Assembly (NCBI RefSeq): GCF_902461185.1
Contig: NZ_CABPXD010000013.1
Source of the DNA: an uncultured Haemophilus sp.
GTDB taxonomy: Bacteria > Pseudomonadota > Gammaproteobacteria > Enterobacterales > Pasteurellaceae
Reading direction: 5' to 3' (one strand)
Length of the DNA: 64,000 nt
Part shown: positions 8,957-17,619 of the stretch, piece by piece
Position numbering within the stretch: position 1 is the first letter of the stretch
How the letters are laid out: each line of letters starts with the position of its first letter
Position numbers and translations under genes: made by a program
Notes under the pieces: model-generated
The model's database searches: none
Seen by the model: only the letters and a program-made list of their open reading frames with translations
What the model was told of the DNA's origin: nothing

Positions 8957-10861
8957 ATGCTATTCCGTTCTATTCGATTTTTCTTTTTAATTTTTTCACT
9001 CGCCTTTTCTTCTTCACTCTTTGCACAAGATAACTATCAACAATGGGTTGATGATATTACGGCTCGCTTAGATAAAACGTCTCAACTTATCCAACAAGGC
9101 AATACCGATGATGCCCGAACTGAAGTGCAAATGGCTTATTTTGAAGTCTTTGAAAATCTAGAAGGCCCAATTCGTATCAATTTCTCCGCACAAAAAAGCT
9201 ACCAAATGGAAGCGACTTTTGGCGAAATCCGTAAAATGATCGGCGAAGGTGCTTCACAAAAAGAGGTTCAAGCTAAAATCGATCAACTCAAAAAAGAATT
9301 ACAAGAAGTATTACCATCATTGGTTGAAGGTCATCAACTCAATGCCGATGGACAACATGGTGTTTATGATAATCAAGCGATTGCCCCTTATTGGCAACAA
9401 AGTTTTAAAACCATTGATGACTTAATCGCTCAAGGGATCGATGCTTATCAAAATGGTGATCTTGCTAATGCCAAAAAATTGTTCCAACAAGCACAATATG
9501 ATGGCTATAAAAACTCAGAAATGGAAATGTCCATTCGCCAAAATCGCTCTGCAGAAATCTCAGCCGCAATTAACCAACAGTTTTACAACATCATTCGTTT
9601 AAGTGAACAAGCCGATCAAATTACGGAGCTTGGCTACCAAAGCACGCAATTATTACAAGATATTGAAGAAAACTTGCCTAACCTGCCAACGACACGTGAA
9701 GAACAAAATGTTCAATCTAATGCAGCACAGCAAGCAACAGATAATCAACAAGAACAAGATTGGAATAAGATTAAACAAGAGATCAACCAACGTATTCAAC
9801 AGGCTATTGCGCTCTATCAACAAGGTGAAAGCAAAAAAGCGATTCTTTCCGTACAAGACACCTATTTCGACGTGTTTGAAAGTACAGGAATGGAAAACAA
9901 AGTGGGTTCCCGTGATAGTAACTTTAAAGCAGAACTTGAAGGCTACTTTACTCGTCTAGTCAGTTTAATGAAAGCTGAACAAGGTAATAAGTTACAAGCT
10001 CAAGCTGATGGTTTAAACCAGAATTTAACTAAAGCGGTTGAAATGTTACAGGGCGAAGAGCAAAGTGATTGGTCGATGTTCTTATATAGCCTTTTAATCA
10101 TTCTTCGTGAAGGTTTAGAAGCGTTATTGATTGTTGCAGCTATCGTGACTTACTTAATTAAAAATAACCACCAAGATAAATTGCCGGTTATTCGTCAGTC
10201 TGTTTATGTGGCGTTAATTGCCAGTGTGGTTACCGCATTTATTTTCCAACTTATCTTTGAAAATTCAGGTCAAAACCGTGAATTGCTCGAAGGCTTTACG
10301 ATGATTTTTGCCGTCGTCATGCTATTTATGATGAGTTACTGGTTATTATCCAAAGTCGAAGCACAAAACTGGAAACGTTATTTAGAAGGTAAACTCTCTA
10401 CTGCCCTCACAACAGGCTCACTCATCGGTCTATGGCTTACTAGCTTCTTAGCGGTATATCGTGAAGGGGCGGAAACGGTATTGTTCTACTATGCCCTTGT
10501 GGGTGATGCGAAAAGTGCGGTCAGTTTTATCTACCTTTTCGCAGGTATCATTGTCGGCGCAATTATTCTCACCATTTGCTACTTCGTGATGCGTTATACC
10601 GTGGTGAAATTACCGCTTAAACCATTCTTTATGTTTACAGGCTCATTTATGTACTTAATGGCCTTTGTATTCGCCGGTAAATCTGTTTTAGAACTCATTG
10701 AAGGCAAACTTTTCGAGCCTACGCTGATTAGCGGTGTGCCTGAAATTTCGTGGTTAGGTATTTATCCTTATATGGAAACCTTAATTCCACAAGCAATCTT
10801 ACTCGTCGCAGCCGTATTTGCTCTGTTTATTATGAAATATCAAAGCAAAAAAGCCGCGTAA
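8957..10861 (+). CDS. FTR1-family iron permease with a long N-terminal periplasmic helical domain (cFtr1/FetM type)
   Basis: 634 aa with a signal peptide. About 350 aa of a Q/E-rich domain contain three degenerate repeats. A 7-TM core follows with two REGxE motifs (ILREGLEALL, VYREGAETVL). Confidence 0.85.
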   Translation: MLFRSIRFFFLIFSLAFSSSLFAQDNYQQWVDDITARLDKTSQLIQQGNTDDARTEVQMAYFEVFENLEGPIRINFSAQKSYQMEATFGEIRKMIGEGASQKEVQAKIDQLKKELQEVLPSLVEGHQLNADGQHGVYDNQAIAPYWQQSFKTIDDLIAQGIDAYQNGDLANAKKLFQQAQYDGYKNSEMEMSIRQNRSAEISAAINQQFYNIIRLSEQADQITELGYQSTQLLQDIEENLPNLPTTREEQNVQSNAAQQATDNQQEQDWNKIKQEINQRIQQAIALYQQGESKKAILSVQDTYFDVFESTGMENKVGSRDSNFKAELEGYFTRLVSLMKAEQGNKLQAQADGLNQNLTKAVEMLQGEEQSDWSMFLYSLLIILREGLEALLIVAAIVTYLIKNNHQDKLPVIRQSVYVALIASVVTAFIFQLIFENSGQNRELLEGFTMIFAVVMLFMMSYWLLSKVEAQNWKRYLEGKLSTALTTGSLIGLWLTSFLAVYREGAETVLFYYALVGDAKSAVSFIYLFAGIIVGAIILTICYFVMRYTVVKLPLKPFFMFTGSFMYLMAFVFAGKSVLELIEGKLFEPTLISGVPEISWLGIYPYMETLIPQAILLVAAVFALFIMKYQSKKAA

Positions 10862-10889
10862 TACCCAACAATCCTTTAGGAGAAAAACA

Positions 10890-11411
10890 ATGAAAAAAGC
10901 ACTTTTAGCAACAGCATTATTTGCGGGTATTTTCACCGCGTCTACTGCAAACGCATTCCAAGAGTACCCAATCGGTGAAGCGGTAACCATGAATGAAATG
11001 GAAATTGCAGCGGTTTATCTCAAACCAATCGATATGGAACCACGTGGCATGGGTTTACCTGCTGCGAAATCAGATATCCACTTAGAAGCGGATATCCACG
11101 CAGTAAAAGGTAACAAAAATGGCTTTGGTGATGGTGAATGGATGCCTTACTTAACCATCAACTACACTTTAGTGAATACCGATACTGGTGAAAAACAAGA
11201 AGGTACCTTCATGCCAATGGTAGCGGGTGATGGTCCTCACTACGGTGCTAACGTGAAAATGATGGGCGTGGGTAACTATAAATTAACTTACCACATTGAC
11301 CCACCATCAAAAGCAGGTATGCACCGCCATACTGACTCTGAAACGGGTGTAGGCCGTTGGTGGAAACCATTTGATGTTAGCTATGAATTCAAATTCACTG
11401 GCATCAAATAA
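10890..11411 (+). CDS. periplasmic iron/copper-binding protein of the P19/FetP/Tp34 family
   Basis: 173 aa with a signal peptide (MKKALLATALFAGIFTASTANA). The size, the His/Glu/Met-rich beta-protein pattern (HLEADIHA, MPMVAGDGPHYG) and the position right after an FTR1 permease all fit this family. Confidence 0.8.
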   Translation: MKKALLATALFAGIFTASTANAFQEYPIGEAVTMNEMEIAAVYLKPIDMEPRGMGLPAAKSDIHLEADIHAVKGNKNGFGDGEWMPYLTINYTLVNTDTGEKQEGTFMPMVAGDGPHYGANVKMMGVGNYKLTYHIDPPSKAGMHRHTDSETGVGRWWKPFDVSYEFKFTGIK

Positions 11412-11438
11412 TCTCAGGTAAACATCGATTTTACCGAC

Positions 11439-11469
11439 TTGCCTTCCCTTGTATTTCAGGGGAAGGCAA
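11439..11469 (+). other. 10-bp GC-rich intercistronic stem-loop after the P19 gene (no clear T-run)
   Basis: ttgccttccc (11439-11448) pairs with gggaaggcaa (11460-11469) around an 11-nt loop. Confidence 0.5.
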
Positions 11470-11526
11470 TAGCATTTAATTTAACCTTAAAATATCGTCT
11501 GTTTTATCCCATTAAATGATCAAACT

Positions 11527-12921
11527 ATGAATTATTTTTTTACTTTTTTCCTTCAAGCACTTTTACCTTTTTCATTATTGCTCGGTGTTTATCACAGTAA
11601 ACAATCCACTGTAAGTGCAAAAAAAATAATTTGGCTTAGCCTATTCGGTTTTATTGCCGGTATCGTACTACGTCTTAGTTTACCTACGGGACAAATGACC
11701 AATTTAGTGCTCAATGGCGTAATATTGGCACTATTGTTTATCTTTGCTTTATGTTTAATTTTTGGCAAAGGTCGCTTACCGGCCTTTTGGCAAACGGTAT
11801 TAATGCTTATCGTGGGCAGCTTCTGGGCAAAAGATCCCAACATCACCGCGCTTGTTTCTACTGATGTCATCAACACGGACTCTATCTTGCACATAAGTGC
11901 GGTCATTTTTGCCTTTGTTTTTTGTTTATGCTTACAAGGTTGGATCGATTTACTTTTAAAACAAGCGGGAAAAACACAACAAAAATCAACCGCACTTTTA
12001 AAAGGTGTGATGAGCCTTCTCTTAATTGGCTTACTGGTTCCACTTATTGGCGAACTCTTATTAATTTTAATGAAACTTCAAGTGCTTGAACTCACCAAAC
12101 TACGTTTAAGCTTTGTTGCAAAATCAGGCGAAATTACTCGTTGGTTAAATTACATCTGTGCAGCCTTACTCTTCGTCGTACTAGCCATCTTCTACGGCAA
12201 AATTCATTTATCACGCAAGCAACAAGTTAATGCGACACAAGAACCTATTGGAAAACGCCAAAAATTAGCCGCATTGCGTACTTCCTCTCGCTTACTTGGT
12301 TGGGGCTATTTGGCCGTAGCGATTATTTTTGCTACACAGCTTTATTGGGAACAAATTGCTTCTCGTCCGCCACAACTGTCAGAAGCGATTCCTTTGACCT
12401 TAGATGAAAAGCAACAAGTCCATATTCCAATTGAGCAAGTAAAAGATGGCAAATTACACCGTTTTGTCTGGATTGCTGATGACGGTAAAGCCGTGCGTTT
12501 CTTTGTCATTAATCGTCAACCAGATAAATTGAGTCTAGCTGCGGTATTTGATGCCTGCTTGCTTTGTGGTGACCAAGGTTATGTGATGGAAGGTAACCAA
12601 GTGGTTTGTGTTGGTTGCGGTGTACATATGTTTATTCCATCTATTGGTAAACCGGGTGGCTGTAATCCTGTACCAATTGAAGATTGGCAACAAACTGAGA
12701 CTGAAATTCTCATTAATCGAACCAGCTTAGAAGAAGGGTTAAATTTATTTAGCACGATTGTTGAAATCGATGTAAAAGATCCGATTAGTGGTACCCAAAT
12801 GAAAAACACTAAAACGGAGCACAAATATAATTACGAAGGTAAAACTTACTTCTTTGAAAGTGAGAAAAATCTTGATTTATTCCGTGATAACCCTGAAAAG
12901 TATTTAGGTAAGGGGGAATAA
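11527..12921 (+). CDS. polytopic membrane protein with a Cys-rich DUF2318-like periplasmic/zinc-ribbon module and a C-terminal YHS-like domain (Cj1660 type)
   Basis: 464 aa with roughly 7 hydrophobic segments. A CLLCGDQGYVMEGNQVVCVGCG module follows. The tail is DPISGTQM...GKTYFFESEKNLDLFRDNPEKYL. Confidence 0.65.
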   Translation: MNYFFTFFLQALLPFSLLLGVYHSKQSTVSAKKIIWLSLFGFIAGIVLRLSLPTGQMTNLVLNGVILALLFIFALCLIFGKGRLPAFWQTVLMLIVGSFWAKDPNITALVSTDVINTDSILHISAVIFAFVFCLCLQGWIDLLLKQAGKTQQKSTALLKGVMSLLLIGLLVPLIGELLLILMKLQVLELTKLRLSFVAKSGEITRWLNYICAALLFVVLAIFYGKIHLSRKQQVNATQEPIGKRQKLAALRTSSRLLGWGYLAVAIIFATQLYWEQIASRPPQLSEAIPLTLDEKQQVHIPIEQVKDGKLHRFVWIADDGKAVRFFVINRQPDKLSLAAVFDACLLCGDQGYVMEGNQVVCVGCGVHMFIPSIGKPGGCNPVPIEDWQQTETEILINRTSLEEGLNLFSTIVEIDVKDPISGTQMKNTKTEHKYNYEGKTYFFESEKNLDLFRDNPEKYLGKGE

Positions 12922-14261
12922 TGCTAGCAAGAATGTTATTTCAATCTTGGCGTTTTAGCATTAAACGTAAACTGTTGGCCGTGATTACTATTTTCTTAGC
13001 GGCGGGCTTAGTCTCTGCACTCTTGGCTGTATCCATTGATATTGGCGATAAAATGGCAAAAGAGCTCAAATCTTACGGAGCCAATATTTTAGTTGAGCCT
13101 GCAAGTAATGCCGCCCTGCCTGATGAACTTAGTCATAACGCAGATTTGAGTAGTCAAGATTTTCTCGATGAAAAAGAACTGCCGAATATTAAAGATATTT
13201 TCTGGCGAAATAATATCGTGGGTTTTGCACCGTTATTAAGTGCAGATGTAAAAGCGGAAACGCTTTCCGCAAATACTCATGAAAAATTAACCGCACTTGG
13301 ACAAATTAATGTGCTGGGTACGTTTTTTGATCATAACATCCCTGTACCAGATGAAGATGATTACCATACCGGACAAAAAATTATTAGTCCGTATTGGCAT
13401 GTGCAAGGTGAATGGGTCAACGATCTTGAAACACCTGAAGGAGAATTTATTCCTGCATTGATTGGTGAGCAGTTAGCTCAACGAACTGGCTTAAAGCTAG
13501 GTGATAAAATCCAGCTTCACTATCAAAATAATGAGCTAGATAATCAAAGTGCGGTCGAAATTACCGGTATTTTATCCACGGGTGGTGCTGAAGATAATCA
13601 ATTAGTTATGCCGCTCAATGCTGTACAAAAATTACTGAGTTTGGAAGGAAAAATTCAATCAGTTAAAGTCTCCGCGCTTACCGTACCTGAAAATGATCTT
13701 TCTCGTAAAGCACGTGCCAATACCGATGCATTGGATGCTGAAGAGTACGATCGCTGGTATTGTACGGCTTATGTCTCATCTATTTCACATCAGTTAGAAG
13801 AAGCTATTTCTGGTGCCATTGTTCGCCCTATTTGGCAGGTTGCAGCTTCAGAAGGTGTGGTCATTGGTAAAATCCAGTTATTGTTGGCAGTCGTTACTCT
13901 TGCAGCCTTAATCGCCGCAGCCATGGGGATCGCCTCATTAATGAGTACAGGGATCATTGAACGCTCAAAAGAAATTGGTTTGATGAAAGCCTTAGGCGCC
14001 TATCAATGGCAAATTGCCTTATTATTTTATTGTGAAGCCATTATTAGTGCCTTAATTGGTGGTTCGCTTGGTTGTATTGCAGGTTGGGGCTTAGCAAGAT
14101 TTATTGGCGCTGCGCTATTTGGCGTACCACTGAGTTTTGCTTGGATTGTAATTCCTTGCGTATTGATGCTGTCTATTTTAATTGCTGTAGTGGGTACATG
14201 GTTCCCTGCCCATCGAATTGCCAAACTTTACCCTGTGGAGGTGCTCTATGGCCGCCAATAG
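12921..14261 (+). CDS. FtsX/MacB-type ABC transporter permease with a large periplasmic domain
   Basis: 446 aa with an N-terminal TM, a periplasmic domain of about 270 aa and three C-terminal TMs. The start overlaps the upstream stop (TAATG). Confidence 0.8.
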   Translation: MLARMLFQSWRFSIKRKLLAVITIFLAAGLVSALLAVSIDIGDKMAKELKSYGANILVEPASNAALPDELSHNADLSSQDFLDEKELPNIKDIFWRNNIVGFAPLLSADVKAETLSANTHEKLTALGQINVLGTFFDHNIPVPDEDDYHTGQKIISPYWHVQGEWVNDLETPEGEFIPALIGEQLAQRTGLKLGDKIQLHYQNNELDNQSAVEITGILSTGGAEDNQLVMPLNAVQKLLSLEGKIQSVKVSALTVPENDLSRKARANTDALDAEEYDRWYCTAYVSSISHQLEEAISGAIVRPIWQVAASEGVVIGKIQLLLAVVTLAALIAAAMGIASLMSTGIIERSKEIGLMKALGAYQWQIALLFYCEAIISALIGGSLGCIAGWGLARFIGAALFGVPLSFAWIVIPCVLMLSILIAVVGTWFPAHRIAKLYPVEVLYGRQ

Positions 14262-15381
14262 AAGTATGTTTTGGCGTTTAATCTTCCAAGCATTACGCCT
14301 ACGTTTACAGCGGGTATTTATTATCTTCTCTGCGCTGACTGTTGGTGCATCTATTGTGACGGCAATGGCAGCAGTCTATTTCGATATTAATACCAAAATG
14401 AGCCAAGAGCTTCGTACCTTTGGGGCAAACTTTTACATTGGTGCAGCTAATGGAGGTTTGATGAAAGAGCGCCAATTAAAGCAAATTCTGCACAATGCAC
14501 CGGATAATTTCATCACCGCTGCCAGCCCTTATTTGTATGGCGTTGCACGAAGCGATTTAGAAAAAATCGTAATTATGGGCGTGTGGTTTGAAGATATGCG
14601 TGTGCTCGCGCCTTATTGGCAAATTACCGGCTCAGCTATTAATGTCAATTTTGACGATCGCAATGCCATGATTGGTAAAACCTTAGCTGAACGCCTCAAT
14701 TTAAGTGTTGGAAGTAAATTAACTCTGTCTAAAAATTCGGTTGAAAAACATGAATTCACGATAAAAGGTATTGTTGAGGCGGGTGATGCCACAGACAACA
14801 TGCTAATCGTAAATTTAGAGTTTGCCCAAAATTGGTTGGATAAAGAGGGATCAGCCAATAATGCCTTGCTCAATATAAAAAATGAACAAGGTAACGTTGC
14901 ACAATTTGCCCAAGACATTATGCAACATCAACCTGATCTGACTGCTCGACCGATTCGAAAAGTCTCTGCTTCAGAAGGACAGATTTTAGATAAAATCAAA
15001 GGCTTAATGGGCTTAATCTCATTGGTCATTTTGATTCTCGCCACCCTTTGTGTGAACACCACGTTAATTGCGATTGTTGGTGAGAGAGCAAAAGAATTTG
15101 CACTACAAAAAGCCTTAGGTGCCAAACAAAGTGACATCATTAAACAGATTAGTACTGAGATTCTAATCATTGCGCTTTGTGCAATTGTAGCAGGGCTGAT
15201 TCTCGGCTACATTTTGGCACAATTACTTGGATTAACCGTATTTAAATCTTATATTGATATGCGTCTACCAGTTATTCCAATTACTATCGTCTTATCGTTA
15301 TTGGTTGCCTTTATTGCGGTGATTGTACCAACCAAACGTGCTTTAAATATCCAAACCGCAAATGTGTTAAAAGGGGAATAA
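14248..15381 (+). CDS. FtsX/MacB-type ABC transporter permease (second copy)
   Basis: ORF 14218..15381. ATG 14248 has GGAGG 7 nt upstream and overlaps the previous gene by 14 nt. The topology is the same as in the preceding permease. Confidence 0.8.
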   Translation: MAANRSMFWRLIFQALRLRLQRVFIIFSALTVGASIVTAMAAVYFDINTKMSQELRTFGANFYIGAANGGLMKERQLKQILHNAPDNFITAASPYLYGVARSDLEKIVIMGVWFEDMRVLAPYWQITGSAINVNFDDRNAMIGKTLAERLNLSVGSKLTLSKNSVEKHEFTIKGIVEAGDATDNMLIVNLEFAQNWLDKEGSANNALLNIKNEQGNVAQFAQDIMQHQPDLTARPIRKVSASEGQILDKIKGLMGLISLVILILATLCVNTTLIAIVGERAKEFALQKALGAKQSDIIKQISTEILIIALCAIVAGLILGYILAQLLGLTVFKSYIDMRLPVIPITIVLSLLVAFIAVIVPTKRALNIQTANVLKGE

Positions 15382-15382
15382 A

Positions 15383-16054
15383 ATGAGTGAATTTGTAATT
15401 GAAACGCAACATTTATATAAACGATTCGGGCAAGTCACCGCTTTAGAAAATATTAATATTCAAATTCGCCAAGGTGAATTTATTGCGATTATGGGGGCAT
15501 CAGGTTCGGGTAAAACCACGCTCATGAATATTCTGACCGGTTTAGATACGGCTAGTGAAGGTAAAGTCATTTTAGATGGTGTCGATGCGGCACAACTAGA
15601 TGAAATAGGTCGTCAGCGTTTTCGTGCAGAAAAAATCGGTTTAGTCTTCCAGCAATTCCACTTAATTCCTTATTTGACCGCACTTGAAAATGTGATGCTG
15701 GCTCAGCATTATCACAGTGTGGTTGATGAAGCAGCGGCTAAAGCGGTACTCGAACAAGTGGGATTGGGTCATCGTATTGATCACCGTCCAAGCCAGCTTT
15801 CTGGGGGTGAACAACAAAGGGTTTGTATTGCTCGTGCATTGGTTAATCAACCTCCCGTTATTTTTGCCGATGAACCTACAGGTAACCTTGACGAAAAAAA
15901 TGAAGCGCTTGTACTGGATTTACTACAAGAGTTAAATCGTCAAGGGAGAACCATTGTGATGGTGACACACAATCCTGAATTAGGTGATTTAACCGATCGA
16001 GTTATTTATCTCCATCACGGAAAATTTGTAAAAGAGGAAATCCATGAAAAATAA
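15383..16054 (+). CDS. ABC transporter ATP-binding protein (MacB/LolD-like)
   Basis: Walker A GASGSGKTT, signature LSGGEQQRV and Walker B IFADEPTGNLD. Confidence 0.9.
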   Translation: MSEFVIETQHLYKRFGQVTALENINIQIRQGEFIAIMGASGSGKTTLMNILTGLDTASEGKVILDGVDAAQLDEIGRQRFRAEKIGLVFQQFHLIPYLTALENVMLAQHYHSVVDEAAAKAVLEQVGLGHRIDHRPSQLSGGEQQRVCIARALVNQPPVIFADEPTGNLDEKNEALVLDLLQELNRQGRTIVMVTHNPELGDLTDRVIYLHHGKFVKEEIHEK

Positions 16055-16523
16055 ATTCGTAAAACTACTCGCGATAAGTGCGGTCATTTTAAGCTGTGTT
16101 TCTTGTAAAGATGAAGTCGCTGCAATTGGTCAAAAAGCGCCAGATATTGCAGCCTATGATTTACAAGGTAAAGAAGTGAAACTTGATGATTGGAAAGGCA
16201 CTCGCCTACTAACTTTTTGGTCTGAAACCTGTGGACGATGTGTCGCAGAACTAAAAGAATTTGAAAAATTGGCTGAAGCTAATCCAAATAAAGTTCAGCT
16301 TATCGCCATTAATGTGGATGGAGATAAAGTGGATACCAAAGCCGTGGTCGCCAAACGTCAGCTTACGTTACCTGTTATAAAAGACCAATTAAAAATTACA
16401 GCAGAACGCTATCAGCTTATCGGCACGCCAACAAGTTTTGTGATCACACCTGAAGGCAATATTCAGGCTAAATATGAAGGTGCAATTCCCGCTGCAGATT
16501 TAGATAAATTATTTAAAGGCTAG
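16044..16523 (+). CDS. TlpA/ResA-like periplasmic thioredoxin, probable lipoprotein
   Basis: Lipobox-like ILSC, the thioredoxin active site WSETCGRC, and an 11-nt overlap with the ATPase gene. Confidence 0.8.
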   Translation: MKNKFVKLLAISAVILSCVSCKDEVAAIGQKAPDIAAYDLQGKEVKLDDWKGTRLLTFWSETCGRCVAELKEFEKLAEANPNKVQLIAINVDGDKVDTKAVVAKRQLTLPVIKDQLKITAERYQLIGTPTSFVITPEGNIQAKYEGAIPAADLDKLFKG

Positions 16524-16528
16524 CTAAA

Positions 16529-16852
16529 ATGCAAAAACGAATTTACTTACTCTCTACTTTTTTACCTGTTTTAAACTTTTTATTTGCAACATCCGCGCTT
16601 TCTGCCGAAGCTGATTTAGTCAAAGCAGAAAAGGTATATAAACGTTCTTGTGCGACTTGCCATGGAAAACAAGGCGAAAAACCAGCAATGGGTGAATCAA
16701 AAATTATTAATCAACTAAAACCAGAAGAAATTTCAACCGCACTTTCTGAAAGAAAAATGGGGAAAATTATTGGAGCTGGAAATCCAGCTAAACAACGCTT
16801 GAGTGATGAAGATATTCGTAACCTAAGTGAATATATTAAAAATTTCAAATAA
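16529..16852 (+). CDS. small periplasmic monohaem c-type cytochrome
   Basis: 107 aa with a signal peptide and a single CATCH haem-binding motif. It starts 5 nt after the thioredoxin gene. Confidence 0.75.
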   Translation: MQKRIYLLSTFLPVLNFLFATSALSAEADLVKAEKVYKRSCATCHGKQGEKPAMGESKIINQLKPEEISTALSERKMGKIIGAGNPAKQRLSDEDIRNLSEYIKNFK

Positions 16853-16949
16853 ACTAAAAAATTTTTTGAACTAATTTAATTTGATGCTGTCGAAGCAACG
16901 GTTAATTTAACTAAATATATTTTTATTAAATTTAAATAGAGGATTGTCT

Positions 16950-17564
16950 ATGAACAAACTTATTAAAATCAGCGCAACTGCATTATTTGCATTATTCTTA
17001 ACTGCTTGTGATAAACCGGCAGATAAACCAGCTCCAGCAAAACCTGAAGCAACTCAACCTGCGCCTGAGGTAAAACAAGAAACGGCGAAACCTGCTGAAG
17101 CAACAAAACCTGCTGAAGCAACTCCAACTCAAGAACAAGCTGACTACAACAAATTACTTGAATGGAATGCAAGCCAAGCACAAGCTCAAATGGCAGCACA
17201 ACAAAAACTTCAATCTGATTTAACTGCTGCGGTTCAAGCAAAAGATGATAAAAAAGTTGAAGAAGCAATCAAGACTTTCAATAAAACTGTTGAAGATACT
17301 ATCGCAAGCTTAGATAAATTAGATGTAACTTCACCTTCAGTGAAAAACATTAAAGATCAAAATAAAGAAGTGCTTGCATTATCAAGCGAATTATTAGTTG
17401 ATCAATTAAACTTAGCCACTAAAGCACCAACTGAGGAACAAACCAAAGCTTACCAAGCTAAAGTTGAAAAACTACAAGCAGCAGTAGCTAAATTACAAAA
17501 AGATGGTGCTGATTTAGCACAAAAATTTGCACCTGCAGCACCAGTTGCTCCAGCTACAAAATAA
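16950..17564 (+). CDS. Ala/Pro/Lys/Gln-rich lipoprotein of unknown function
   Basis: ORF 16944..17564. ATG 16950 has AGAGGA 7 nt upstream. The lipobox is LFLTAC. A low-complexity PA/KP linker contains the duplicated KPAEAT, and a helical Q/K/A-rich domain follows. Confidence 0.7.
   Translation: MNKLIKISATALFALFLTACDKPADKPAPAKPEATQPAPEVKQETAKPAEATKPAEATPTQEQADYNKLLEWNASQAQAQMAAQQKLQSDLTAAVQAKDDKKVEEAIKTFNKTVEDTIASLDKLDVTSPSVKNIKDQNKEVLALSSELLVDQLNLATKAPTEEQTKAYQAKVEKLQAAVAKLQKDGADLAQKFAPAAPVAPATK
17088..17123 (+). repeat. two in-frame copies of an 18-bp unit (AAACCTGCTGAAGCAACW) inside the lipoprotein linker
   Basis: Direct tandem repeat read from the sequence. It encodes KPAEAT-KPAEAT. Confidence 0.85.
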
Positions 17565-17580
17565 TTGAATGTTGAAGATG

Positions 17581-17613
17581 AAAAAACCTTACTGTAAAAA
17601 GTAAGGTTTTTTT
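17581..17613. terminator. bidirectional terminator between the lipoprotein and ATP-grasp genes
   Basis: aaaaaaccttact pairs with agtaaggtttttt around a 6-nt loop, with an A-run and a T-run flanking. Confidence 0.8.
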
Positions 17614-17619
17614 ATTCTC

